Part shown: positions 8,319-16,431 of the stretch, piece by piece | Position numbering within the stretch: the first letter of the stretch is position 1 | Layout: each line of letters opens with the position of its first letter | Origin: Chloroflexota bacterium | Lineage (GTDB): Bacteria > Chloroflexota > Anaerolineae > Anaerolineales > UBA11858 | Assembly (NCBI GenBank): GCA_043818215.1 | Contig: JBDRGC010000023.1 | Location: 1,976-65,975, forward strand | Length of the DNA stretch: 64,000 bases | Reading direction: 5' to 3' | The notes under the pieces: model-generated | The model's input: the letters and a program-made list of their open reading frames with translations, nothing else | The model's database searches: none | Told to the model about the DNA's origin: nothing | Position numbers and translations under genes: made by a program

Positions 8319-8564
8319 TTGGTAGATTGGTAGATTGGTAGATTGGTATTTTGGTAGTTGGTAAACAGGTAGATTGGTAATTGGTGATTGGTTACTTGGT
8401 GTTCAGGCAGTGGTCAGCGGTCAGCAGTCGGCGGTCAGCAGTCAACGGTCAGCGGTCAGCGGTCGGCGGTCAGCAGTCAACGGTCGGCGGTCAGCGGTCG
8501 GCGGTCAGCGGTCAGGCGGTCAACCGACCCCTAACTCCTAACCCCTAACCCCTAACTCCCAACC
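8319..8564. repeat. Three concatenated 7-8-nt arrays: GGTAGATT-type, then GGTCAGC/GGTCGGC/AGTCAAC-type, then CCCTAAC-type
   Basis: Read directly. It fills the whole spacer between the rSAM stop and the phosphatidyltransferase start. The rSAM C-terminus (GLGVRG) and its TAG stop are encoded by the CCCTAAC units. Confidence 0.9.
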
Positions 8565-9984
8565 CATGAGCCTCCATCGCCAACGGGCACCCGCCCCCAC
8601 ACTCAGGCAGCATGTCGCACTCGTGGCACTCGTCGGGGACGTATTTCCGCTCCCGCAAGCTGACGGCCAACTCGTGGTTCCAGATCGAGTCCCAGGGATC
8701 TTGCAAAATATTGCCAAGCTGCTGGTAGTACGACTGGCAGGGTATCACGCCGCCGTCCGGTTCCACGCACATATTGTATAGCGCGGCAGTGCAGCCTTTG
8801 ACGCCCAGTTCGAGTTGCATGGGGTCGAATTTGCAGTATTGGGTGGGCGTGTACCAGATCAGGCGTTGGTTGTGAGCAGCGGTTTTTTCGCGGGCCAGTT
8901 CGAGCAGCGCAGGCAATTCGCTCTCACGCAAGCCAGTGCCTACCGTCAGTCCGCGGCCAGAGTAGATCAAGGCGTTCAATCCGAGGGTGGGGACGCCCTC
9001 CTCGGCCAGAAAGTCGAGTGTCTCTCCCAGGGTAGAATAATTATCTTGCAGCATGGTCGTGTTGGTCATCACGTAGAGCGGGCTGTCGAGCACATTGCGC
9101 AGCCCGGCGATAGTTTGCTTCCAGGCGCCAGATTTGCCCACCATTTGATCGTGGATTTGGGCATCGTGGGATTCGACCGTGATTTGAACATGATCCAGCC
9201 CGGCCTCGACCAGAGCATCCAAAAAGCGGCCGTCGCTCAACCTGCGGGCGTTGGTGTTGAGTCCCGTGATCTGTCCGTTGGCCTCGGCGTGAGCCACCAA
9301 CTCGGGGAGATCGTCCCGCAGAGTTGGTTCGCCGCCGGTGAAGATGATGTGCGGGATGCTCAAGTCCCAGGCCCGGTCGATGACGCGCTTCCAACGGGCG
9401 GTGGGCATTTCGGGGTAATCCCGCGGGCGGGCGTTGTAGCAGTGAGCGCAATCGTTGTTGCAGCGGTAGGTTAAGGCCAGATCCATGCGGTAGGGAGCCG
9501 TGGGCCGGGCGCTGAAGGGGGCTGCAATTTCCAGGTCATCCAGATTGCAGGCCGGACAGCCGTCCGGGCGGATGATCTCATCGAAGTCGGCCAGAAATTG
9601 GGTGTAATCGCTTTGGGCCTGGGTTTTCGAGACCCGGTAGCCGCGGGTGACAGCGCGCACCGCCTGGGGTTCGGGAGTCTCTTCCAATATCAGGTAAGCC
9701 ATCATCGCGGCGGTGGGATTGAAGTGCATCACCCGGTTGGCGTTGACGATCAGCGTCCCGTGACCGTCAGGGTCGATGCGCAGGTGGATGCGCGAGCGGT
9801 AGCTGGCGGTCTGACGCGTGTAGTGGTGCAGGCCGGGGGGAACGAGTGGCGAGTGGCGAGTAGCGGGTGGCGGGTGGCGAGTAGCGTCCCTTACAGGGAT
9901 GATAAGTGGCGAATGGCGACCGCCGACCGCTGAGTGGAGATTAGAGATTAGTGATTGGATACCGGCAAGGGGTGACTTTGACAT
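8545..9984 (-). CDS. Radical SAM/SPASM-domain enzyme with a PqqD/RRE-like N-terminal domain
   Basis: CNNDCAHCYN is the CxxxCxxC motif. FTGGEPTLR is present. The C-terminal Cys-rich SPASM region reads CVEPDGGVIPC...CHECDMLPECGGGCP. The first ~50 codons are repeat-derived, so the true start is uncertain. Confidence 0.85.
   Translation of the reverse strand: MSKSPLAGIQSLISNLHSAVGGRHSPLIIPVRDATRHPPPATRHSPLVPPGLHHYTRQTASYRSRIHLRIDPDGHGTLIVNANRVMHFNPTAAMMAYLILEETPEPQAVRAVTRGYRVSKTQAQSDYTQFLADFDEIIRPDGCPACNLDDLEIAAPFSARPTAPYRMDLALTYRCNNDCAHCYNARPRDYPEMPTARWKRVIDRAWDLSIPHIIFTGGEPTLRDDLPELVAHAEANGQITGLNTNARRLSDGRFLDALVEAGLDHVQITVESHDAQIHDQMVGKSGAWKQTIAGLRNVLDSPLYVMTNTTMLQDNYSTLGETLDFLAEEGVPTLGLNALIYSGRGLTVGTGLRESELPALLELAREKTAAHNQRLIWYTPTQYCKFDPMQLELGVKGCTAALYNMCVEPDGGVIPCQSYYQQLGNILQDPWDSIWNHELAVSLRERKYVPDECHECDMLPECGGGCPLAMEAHGLGVRG
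9844..9958. repeat. Composite heptamer arrays (GAGTGGC, GGTCGGC complement, AATCTCT complement) inside the annotated 5' end of the rSAM ORF
   Basis: gagtggcgagtggcgagtagcgggtggcgggtggcgagtagc ... cgaccgccgaccgctga ... gagattagagattagtgattgg. It translates as GGRHSPL..ATRHPPPATRHSPL. Confidence 0.85.
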
Positions 9985-10032
9985 GGTTTTTGCGTGGGGC
10001 GTTGGAGCGCGGTCCGAACAATGATTACCGGG

Positions 10033-10245
10033 TCACTTGATTGGTCCAAACTCACGGCGGCTGATTCCCAGGTCGCGAAGGATGCGGCGTAGGGTACCGG
10101 TCTTGATGTCTCTGGAACCCCAGTTTGGGATAGTTGTGTAGTGATCCAATACAGGATTCCACCAGATGCAGTGTGAGCCAGCACCGGGACGAATGTACTC
10201 GCAACCCAGTTTGCGGAGACGTTTAGCTGCTTCGCGGTATTTCAT
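10033..10245 (-). CDS. hicA: HicA-family mRNA interferase toxin
   Basis: 70 aa: KYREAAKRLRKLGCEYIRPGAGSHCIWWN. It has a 4-nt overlap with the upstream hicB. Confidence 0.85.
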   Translation of the reverse strand: MKYREAAKRLRKLGCEYIRPGAGSHCIWWNPVLDHYTTIPNWGSRDIKTGTLRRILRDLGISRREFGPIK

Positions 10246-10508
10246 GCGAACGCCATCCGCAGCGTGAAGGGAAATTGAAGATTGATCTGCTCCAGATCGG
10301 GATGCAGGGGAGAACCGTTGTCCTGTCGGGCCTGGATCATTGCCCGGACGTTACCGGGGATAGCGCGCATGGCTTCGTCTAGCGTTTCGCCCCAGGCGTG
10401 ACAACCCTGTAGCCAGGGACAGCTTACCTGGTAAACCTGATCCTCTTCCAAATAATCCACGCTAATGGGGATGACGATTTCGTCAATCACAATTGTATTG
10501 TCCATCAC
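10242..10508 (-). CDS. hicB: HicB-family antitoxin (UPF0150 fold)
   Basis: 88 aa: YQVSCPWLQGCHAWGETLDEAMRAI. It is coupled to hicA. Confidence 0.75.
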   Translation of the reverse strand: MMDNTIVIDEIVIPISVDYLEEDQVYQVSCPWLQGCHAWGETLDEAMRAIPGNVRAMIQARQDNGSPLHPDLEQINLQFPFTLRMAFA

Positions 10509-10708
10509 ACGCTCCTATTACATCAATTCCCGGTATGGGAATTTGTTTCGTGAATTATAACCACGTAGCGGGGATTTCAGTATCCCGCAGCGGCGAGATT
10601 TCCTGGCACCACCTGCCATACTATACTGGTACAGGGCATCGTCCCGACCCCAAGTACCATCGTTCTGGGGTGGTATGTCCTTCGGGAGGACAAGTTATCG
10701 GCTACATA

Positions 10709-10850
10709 TCGAAGTGTCGGCTGAACCAGTCCACACTTCGACAAGCTCTGTGCAAGCTCCGGTGGACTTCGTGCATTTCGTTGCTGTGACTTTCGCGCAG
10801 CATCCCGTGCGTAGCCTACCCGCAGGGTGCGAAGGGGGACAGTCGCCGGA
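10709..10850 (+). repeat. Dispersed ~150-nt element, copy B
   Basis: Aligns base-for-base with 2951-3118 apart from a few substitutions and one indel. Confidence 0.8.
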
Positions 10851-10894
10851 GATCGTGATGCAGGGAAGCACCATTGTCCTGGCGGGCCTGGATC

Positions 10895-10933
10895 ACTGAA
10901 TACTACTGAATACTGAATACTGAATACTGAAAA
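10895..10933. repeat. Heptamer array (ACTGAAT)n
   Basis: actgaatactactgaatactgaatactgaatactgaaaacta. It abuts the TAG stop at 10934-10936. Confidence 0.85.
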
Positions 10934-12610
10934 CTACCTACCTCCCCCCGCACAGGCGCAGGCGCACCCGGCGCAGGCGCAGGCGCAACTGGAACCACCG
11001 CTGCTGCTCCGGTACCCGCCGCTGCTGGACGATTTGGGGACCGGGTTGGTCTTATTGGTGATGCTGCTGGTGAAATCGGTGACACTGCCGACCACATCGC
11101 TGCTGAATCCCTGAATGCCGGTGACCATCGAGGCGGCAAACTCTCCGCCGGGCAGACTGGGCATAGAAGTCGCCGAGCGGCCTCCACCAATGCTGGCGGG
11201 GACTACCTTGGGGGCAGTCTTCACCGACCCTGACCGTGACCACCCGGGGTCGTAGCGTCCCCACCACATCGGGACGAAAACCGGGCCGGTGCGGAAGACA
11301 TTTTGCGTGCGGTCGTCGAAGTCTTTGTCGAGCATTGTCCACCCCATGTTTTCATCGAATTGCTGGCTTTTGACCTCGGGGGTATCGGCGGCTTCGACCT
11401 GCTGCCAGGCGCGCTCCATGATTTTGCGATAGTAAGCCACGCTCTCTTTGTGGCTGAAGCCTTTCATCTTTTTGCTTACGCCCTTGATCAGTTTGATCAT
11501 CACCTCGCGCAGTTGTTTGCGCCGCGAGTCTTTTCGTTTGGCAGCGAAGGCCTGGATGAATTCTTCTTCGTAGGGGCGCAGATTCTCCGGCAGGGGGTCG
11601 GCAATTTCTAGTGTAAGTGGGTCACGCTTGATCACGGTGGCGGCTTCTTTTTTTAGCACGGCAAACAAAATCATAGTCAGAATTTTGTCCATGGGCCGTT
11701 CCATCAAAATGGCTGCTTCTATGGCTGTCAGGCCGCGTTTGATGCCGTGCCCCTCGATGCGAATCTTGGGGGGCAGGTATTTCATCTTGCGTTTACGGGT
11801 GCTGACGACACTACCCCATGTAACGAAGGCGATTAGGCCGATAATGCCTCCACAGCACATCAAGCCCATTAGATCTTCTTCGTCGATACCGAGGCGTTCG
11901 AGAAAGCCGGGTGAGTAGATGGCGCTCTCTGGCACATAGGATTTGGGGAACGAAGCCCCAAATTTATACTGAGTGTGCCCATTGGCGTCAGGGTTGTGCC
12001 AGATATAAGCAATGCGCCCTTCGCTATCGAGTTTGGTGTCTGGTTCGGAGGGCCAGTCTCCCGAGGGTGATTCATGCCAGCGGGGTTCGTCGGGCTGCAC
12101 ACCGGGTGGCAGGTGGAAAACTACGGTCATATCTGTGCTGCCATAGACATACGCGGAACCAAACCAACTGGTACCGAAAACCGCACTGGCGTATTTGCTG
12201 TCGGTGGTGTCGGTGTAGAGCACGTTAGAGACGGTGCTCACGTAGACATGGACTGTCCCCGTTTGCCCGGCTGGGATGGCGCGGCCCCCCAAAACGACAG
12301 CCACGCCGCTTCCCGATCCTTCGTAGTCGGAACTAGAGACCGAAACCGAATGCCCGTTTACGTCAGCCTGAATGCTGAACAAATCATAGGAATAATTTGG
12401 CAGGCCCAGATCGACATATTCGATGGAGTGCCCGCTGGGATCATTGTAGAATTCCATCACATAATCCAGGGACATACTGCCATCTTCATTCCAGTAGACG
12501 TGAATAACTTCTTTATCCAGCCGGAAGTAATAATCCTGTGCCAGAGCGCTGCCGGGAATGGACAGTAGAATGGCTATCAAAACCAGAGTAGAGAATATTT
12601 TGTATTTCAT
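10934..12610 (-). CDS. DUF2207-like membrane protein with a C-terminal (Cys-Ala)n tail
   Basis: Signal peptide MKYKIFSTLVLIAILLSIPGSALA. An ectodomain of about 235 aa. Transmembrane segment LMCCGGIIGLIAFVTWGSVV. Basic juxtamembrane stretch. The tail is SSSSGGYRSSSGGSSCACACAGCACACAGGGR. Confidence 0.6.
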   Translation of the reverse strand: MKYKIFSTLVLIAILLSIPGSALAQDYYFRLDKEVIHVYWNEDGSMSLDYVMEFYNDPSGHSIEYVDLGLPNYSYDLFSIQADVNGHSVSVSSSDYEGSGSGVAVVLGGRAIPAGQTGTVHVYVSTVSNVLYTDTTDSKYASAVFGTSWFGSAYVYGSTDMTVVFHLPPGVQPDEPRWHESPSGDWPSEPDTKLDSEGRIAYIWHNPDANGHTQYKFGASFPKSYVPESAIYSPGFLERLGIDEEDLMGLMCCGGIIGLIAFVTWGSVVSTRKRKMKYLPPKIRIEGHGIKRGLTAIEAAILMERPMDKILTMILFAVLKKEAATVIKRDPLTLEIADPLPENLRPYEEEFIQAFAAKRKDSRRKQLREVMIKLIKGVSKKMKGFSHKESVAYYRKIMERAWQQVEAADTPEVKSQQFDENMGWTMLDKDFDDRTQNVFRTGPVFVPMWWGRYDPGWSRSGSVKTAPKVVPASIGGGRSATSMPSLPGGEFAASMVTGIQGFSSDVVGSVTDFTSSITNKTNPVPKSSSSGGYRSSSGGSSCACACAGCACACAGGGR

Positions 12611-12867
12611 AGAGGCCTCCGTGAAGACGTGAAACGTGATCCCGAAAGAACATCGGGACGATGTGCGTGACGAGTGAAGCGTGGGGCGTGGAGCGTGAAG
12701 TGGCGACTCATATTGTAATCATTCAGTCCGTGGTGAAAGCTACTTGAATAGAACACGGACACTTGCACCTGCGGCATACTTATGCAGGCACTGCGCACTT
12801 GCACCTGCGGCAAGTGTCCGCGTTCTATTTTACCAGGGAACTGAATGCTTACCTCACATTTCACGCA

Positions 12868-13239
12868 TTACCATTTCGGTTCTTCCGTCAATTGATAGGT
12901 CGTGTTGCAGTAAGGGCAGCTGACTACCGGGGCGCCGGCCACCATTTTGATATTGTCCAGGGTGAGTGCGCCCCCGCAGGATTGACATTTCATTGTGTCC
13001 AGGCTGACATCGCCGGGCAAGTCGATTTTCAGGGTCACGTCGCCCCCCTCCCCCCCCGCGGCGGTTGGCTGGCGGCGGCTGGCGAACCAGATCACGCCGA
13101 AGCCGATCCCCACGCTGATGACACCAACCACTAGCCACCCAAGCTGCCCATCAGGGCTGAATGTAGCCCAGATGAACAGCACGCCAAAGAATATCAGAAT
13201 AGCTGCAAAAATATAAGCGATGATTTTTCCTGCTGACAT
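12868..13239 (-). CDS. Small membrane protein with a C-terminal zinc ribbon
   Basis: Two hydrophobic helices, then CQSCGG...CPYCN. Confidence 0.5.
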   Translation of the reverse strand: MSAGKIIAYIFAAILIFFGVLFIWATFSPDGQLGWLVVGVISVGIGFGVIWFASRRQPTAAGGEGGDVTLKIDLPGDVSLDTMKCQSCGGALTLDNIKMVAGAPVVSCPYCNTTYQLTEEPKW

Positions 13240-13278
13240 AAGAACCTCCGTTGATTGCTAAACAAATCGAAAATGCTG

Positions 13279-13974
13279 TTAAAAAATTCCTGAAATTTGA
13301 CTCTGAGTTTCGTCGTCCGAGGCGCTGATTTCGATCAGTTCTCCGGTGGCGACGAACACCGTGCGCTCGCAGATATTGGTGACCCGGTCGGCGGCGCGTT
13401 CCAGGTTGTGTGCCACCCACAAAAGGTAAGTTGCCCGGTCGATTGTGGATGGATCGGAAATCATAAAAGTCAGCAGATCTCGGTATACCTGGTTGTACAG
13501 GGCATCAACTTCGTCGTCTTCTTTGGGGATAGCCAGAGCCGACTCTGCGTCCCCAGCCACGAAAGCGCCCAGGGCACGGTGAAGCATATCGGTGGTGAGT
13601 TCTGCCATGCGCGGCACGTCGATTAGTGGTTTGATGAGGGGATCATCTCCCATGCGGATATTGATCAACGCAATCCCTTTGGCGTAGTCGCCCATACGTT
13701 CCAGTTCGCTGGCGATATCCAATACAGATGCCAAAATGCGCAGGTCGCGGGCCATGGGCTGCTGGGTTGCGATGATTATCAAGGCGTCATTTTCGATCTC
13801 GAATCGCTTTTCGTTGATTTGTTTGTCACCTGCGTAAATGCGGCGGGCTGCTTTCAGGTCGCGGCGTTCGAGTGACTCAACGGCGTCCAGAATGGCCTGC
13901 TCGACCATGCTTCCCAGCGCGAGAACTTCGTCGAGCAGTTTTTGTATCTGGCGGTCTAAAGTTTCTCTTGTCAT
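13279..13974 (-). CDS. phoU: Phosphate-uptake regulator PhoU
   Basis: MTRETLDRQIQKLLDEVLALGSMVE...DKQINEKRFEIEND...ELERMGDYAKGIA...LERAADRVTNICE shows the duplicated PhoU repeats. Start set at the ATG at 13974; the ORF-track extension to 14067 has no support. Confidence 0.9.
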   Translation of the reverse strand: MTRETLDRQIQKLLDEVLALGSMVEQAILDAVESLERRDLKAARRIYAGDKQINEKRFEIENDALIIIATQQPMARDLRILASVLDIASELERMGDYAKGIALINIRMGDDPLIKPLIDVPRMAELTTDMLHRALGAFVAGDAESALAIPKEDDEVDALYNQVYRDLLTFMISDPSTIDRATYLLWVAHNLERAADRVTNICERTVFVATGELIEISASDDETQSQISGIF

Positions 13975-14047
13975 ACAGTTTTCCTTCGGTGTGCAGGTTC
14001 TACTAACTGAAACTTCCGACTGTAATAATCTATCGATTTGACTTACT

Positions 14048-14220
14048 CTACCAGGTTTCCTTTCCAACCGGCGCGCCCCAGTTTACTTCTGCCACCTGAT
14101 AATCAGCAGGCATCCGGTGTACCAGGTCTTCAATGCGTACCCGTCTGTGTCTGTGTGGTGAACAGGCTTAGGGAAACGCAGGCCCTGGTTGTGGCCCCAT
14201 TTTTGCACTTTGGTTATCAT
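14048..14220 (-). pseudogene. MazE/AbrB (SpoVT-AbrB) antitoxin remnant, internally deleted and frameshifted
   Basis: Hand translation from the ATG at 14220 (AGGAGA upstream) gives MITKVQKWGHNQGLRFPKPV. A second frame gives RIEDLVHRMPADYQVAEVNWGAPVGKETW*, a typical MazE C-terminus. The span is only about 57 codons and no toxin gene is present. Confidence 0.55.
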
Positions 14221-14496
14221 TGTTTGTCTCCTGGTGTTGGGTGCGCATCCATAGTATATCTTCCATGTATCAAAAATTCAATGCCTTTAATTGCAATCCC
14301 GCTTAAGTCACGCATTACCTGACCGTCGACCACCGACCGCAGACCTTGTGGCGACATATATCTTCAGCTACCCAGTTTTGGCTGTCCGCCCTGCTGTCAA
14401 ATCAAGTGCGACTTTTTCGGTACTGTCTTTATCCTTGATACACAGCAGTATCTTACGCTCTCCGCTCCACCCTCCACACTCCCCGCTCCACTTGAA

Positions 14497-15252
14497 CTAC
14501 CCAAACCGCCCCTCGACGTAATCCTCTGTGCGCTGGTCTTGGGGATTGGTGAAGATATCTTTACCCGGCGCGTATTCGATCAATTCTCCTTGCAGTAAGA
14601 AGGCCGCGCTATCGGCGGTGCGGGCAGCTTGCTGAACTGAGTGTGGAACCAGCACGATGGTGTAATCTTTTTTCAATTCTTGCAGCGACTCTTCGACTTT
14701 GCCGGTGGAGATCGGGTCCAGCCCGGAGGTGGGCTCGTCCAGCAGAATCACCTCCGGCTCCAGGGCCAGGACGCGCGCCAGACACACTCGCTGCTGCTGT
14801 CCGCCGGAGAGGGCCACCGCGGGGTCGTCCAGCCGGTCGTTGACCTCGTCCCACAGAGCGGCCTGTTTCAAACTGCGCTCCACAGCTTCGTCCAAGCGGT
14901 ATCTGTCTCGCTCACCGGCCACTTCCAGCCCGTAAGTCAGGTTTTGGCGGATGCTCATCGGCAGCACCACCGGTCGAGCGAAAACCATGCCCACCCGGCG
15001 GCGCAGGGCGATGACATCGGTTTCGGGATCGAGAATATTCTCACCATCCAGCAGCACGCGCCCATCCAGGCGAACCACATCCGCTAAGTCATTCAAGCGA
15101 TTCAGAACCCGCAGCAGGCTGGATTTACCGCCCCCCGCCGGGCCGAACAGCACCGTGATCTCATTGGCCGGAATCGCCATGCTGATATTTTGCAGGGATT
15201 CAGTGCCGTCGGAGTAGTGGAGAGTGAGGTGTTCGATAGTGATTTTGTTCAT
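14497..15252 (-). CDS. pstB: Divergent PstB-like phosphate ABC ATPase
   Basis: MNKITIEHLTLHY..GPAGGGKSSLLRVLNRLNDL..LSGGQQQRVCLARVLA..ILLDEPTSGLD. Start is the ATG at 15252. The 526-aa ORF in the track is an artefactual extension running through pstA. Confidence 0.85.
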   Translation of the reverse strand: MNKITIEHLTLHYSDGTESLQNISMAIPANEITVLFGPAGGGKSSLLRVLNRLNDLADVVRLDGRVLLDGENILDPETDVIALRRRVGMVFARPVVLPMSIRQNLTYGLEVAGERDRYRLDEAVERSLKQAALWDEVNDRLDDPAVALSGGQQQRVCLARVLALEPEVILLDEPTSGLDPISTGKVEESLQELKKDYTIVLVPHSVQQAARTADSAAFLLQGELIEYAPGKDIFTNPQDQRTEDYVEGRFG

Positions 15253-15261
15253 GGATAATTG

Positions 15262-15349
15262 ACCACTGACCGCCGACAGCCGACCGCTGACCGGCCGACC
15301 ACCGACCGCTGTCGGCTGTCGGCCGTCGGCCGTCGGCTGTCGGCGGTCA
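15262..15349. repeat. Heptamer hairpin (GCCGACC-type arm paired with GGTCGGC-type arm) filling the pstA-pstB spacer
   Basis: gaccgccgacagccgac ... gtcggctgtcggcggtc form perfect 17-bp outer arms. The array ends 4 nt from the pstA stop. Confidence 0.9.
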
Positions 15350-15353
15350 TATT

Positions 15354-16214
15354 TCACCACTGCCTGCGCGCCCGCGCCCGCGAGCGAATACTCGAGGCGA
15401 TGAAATTCATACTCAACACAAAGCCAAGCAGCACCAAAGCCGTGCCGTACTGAATTTTGATGGGCATCCCCGGCACCTGGGTGGAGATCACGAAGAGGTG
15501 GTAGGGCAAGGCCATGGTCGCGTCCAGCGGGGAGTTGGGCAGTCGTGGCAAGAAGAAAGCTGCCACCGTGAACAGGATAGGGGCGGTCTCGCCAGCGGCC
15601 CGTTCCAACCCCAAAATCACACCTGTCAGGATGCCGGGCAACGCTTGGGGCAGCACAATCCGGCGGATGGTTTGCCAGCGCGTGGCCCCCACGGAGATGC
15701 TCACGGTGCGAAAAGCCTGCGGGACTGCTCGCAAGGCTTCCTCCGCGGTGCTGATGATTATCGGCAGAGTCATGATCGACAGAGTCAATGATCCAGCTAG
15801 AATGCTGGTGCCAAATTGCAGGAATAGCACAAACAATCCCAACCCGAACAAACCGTATACCACTGATGGAATTCCAGCCAGACTGATGATGGCGATGCGG
15901 ATCAGGCGTGTCCAGCGGTTTTCGGGGGCGTATTCCGAGAGATAGATGGCAGCCCCGATTCCCAGGGGGACTGCGAAGATCGCTGTGCCCAGGGTCAGGT
16001 AGAAGGTTCCTACGATGGCCGGCCAGATACCGCCGGCGCGCATACCCTCGCGGGGGTAGCCAGTGATGAACTCCCACGAAATCGCCGGCGCCCCCAGCAC
16101 GAGGATATAGATCACCACCGCCACAATGGGGATAACAGTCAGCAATGTCGTCACAGTCAACAGGCTGAAACCGATGCGTTGGGTGAGGTGGCGGGATGTG
16201 GAAGTTTTTGTCAT
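15354..16214 (-). CDS. pstA: Phosphate ABC transporter permease PstA
   Basis: 286 aa, polytopic, with an EAA-type loop. Its position follows pstC. Confidence 0.9.
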   Translation of the reverse strand: MTKTSTSRHLTQRIGFSLLTVTTLLTVIPIVAVVIYILVLGAPAISWEFITGYPREGMRAGGIWPAIVGTFYLTLGTAIFAVPLGIGAAIYLSEYAPENRWTRLIRIAIISLAGIPSVVYGLFGLGLFVLFLQFGTSILAGSLTLSIMTLPIIISTAEEALRAVPQAFRTVSISVGATRWQTIRRIVLPQALPGILTGVILGLERAAGETAPILFTVAAFFLPRLPNSPLDATMALPYHLFVISTQVPGMPIKIQYGTALVLLGFVLSMNFIASSIRSRARARRQW

Positions 16215-16239
16215 TAAAGTTTCTCGAGAGTGATGCGTG

Positions 16240-16430
16240 AAAGTCAGTAGATCAGTAGATCAGTAAATCAGTAGATCAGTAAACCAGTAGATCAGTAAAC
16301 CAGTAGATCAGTAAACCAGTAGATCAGTAAACCAGTAAACCAGTTCTCCTGATCCCTAGTCCCTGATCCCTGATTTACTGATTCCTGATCTACTGATTTA
16401 CTGATTCCTGGTTTCCTGATTCCTGATTCC
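16240..16430. repeat. Octamer/heptamer hairpin (CAGTAGAT/CAGTAAAC arm against CTGATTTA/CTGATCC arm) filling the pstC-pstA spacer
   Basis: The left arm has about 12 units of 8 nt. The right arm is partly complementary (aatcagtaaatcagtagatcagg). It ends 1 nt before the pstC TAA. Confidence 0.9.
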
Positions 16431-16431
16431 T

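Noticed and set aside
8319-8564. Possible CRISPR arrays (here and at 16240, 17352, 18598 and 49020)
   Set aside because: The period is 7-8 nt with no unique spacers, and no cas genes are present. These are short tandem repeats, not CRISPRs.
8527-8564. Telomere-like CCCTAAC repeats
   Set aside because: There are only about 5 imperfect units. They are internal to a chromosome segment, contiguous with other heptamer families, and overlap a gene end.
15253-16077. Upstream 275 codons of the 526-aa ORF containing pstB
   Set aside because: This part overlaps pstA in another frame and crosses the heptamer hairpin. Recognisable PstB sequence begins at the ATG at 15252.
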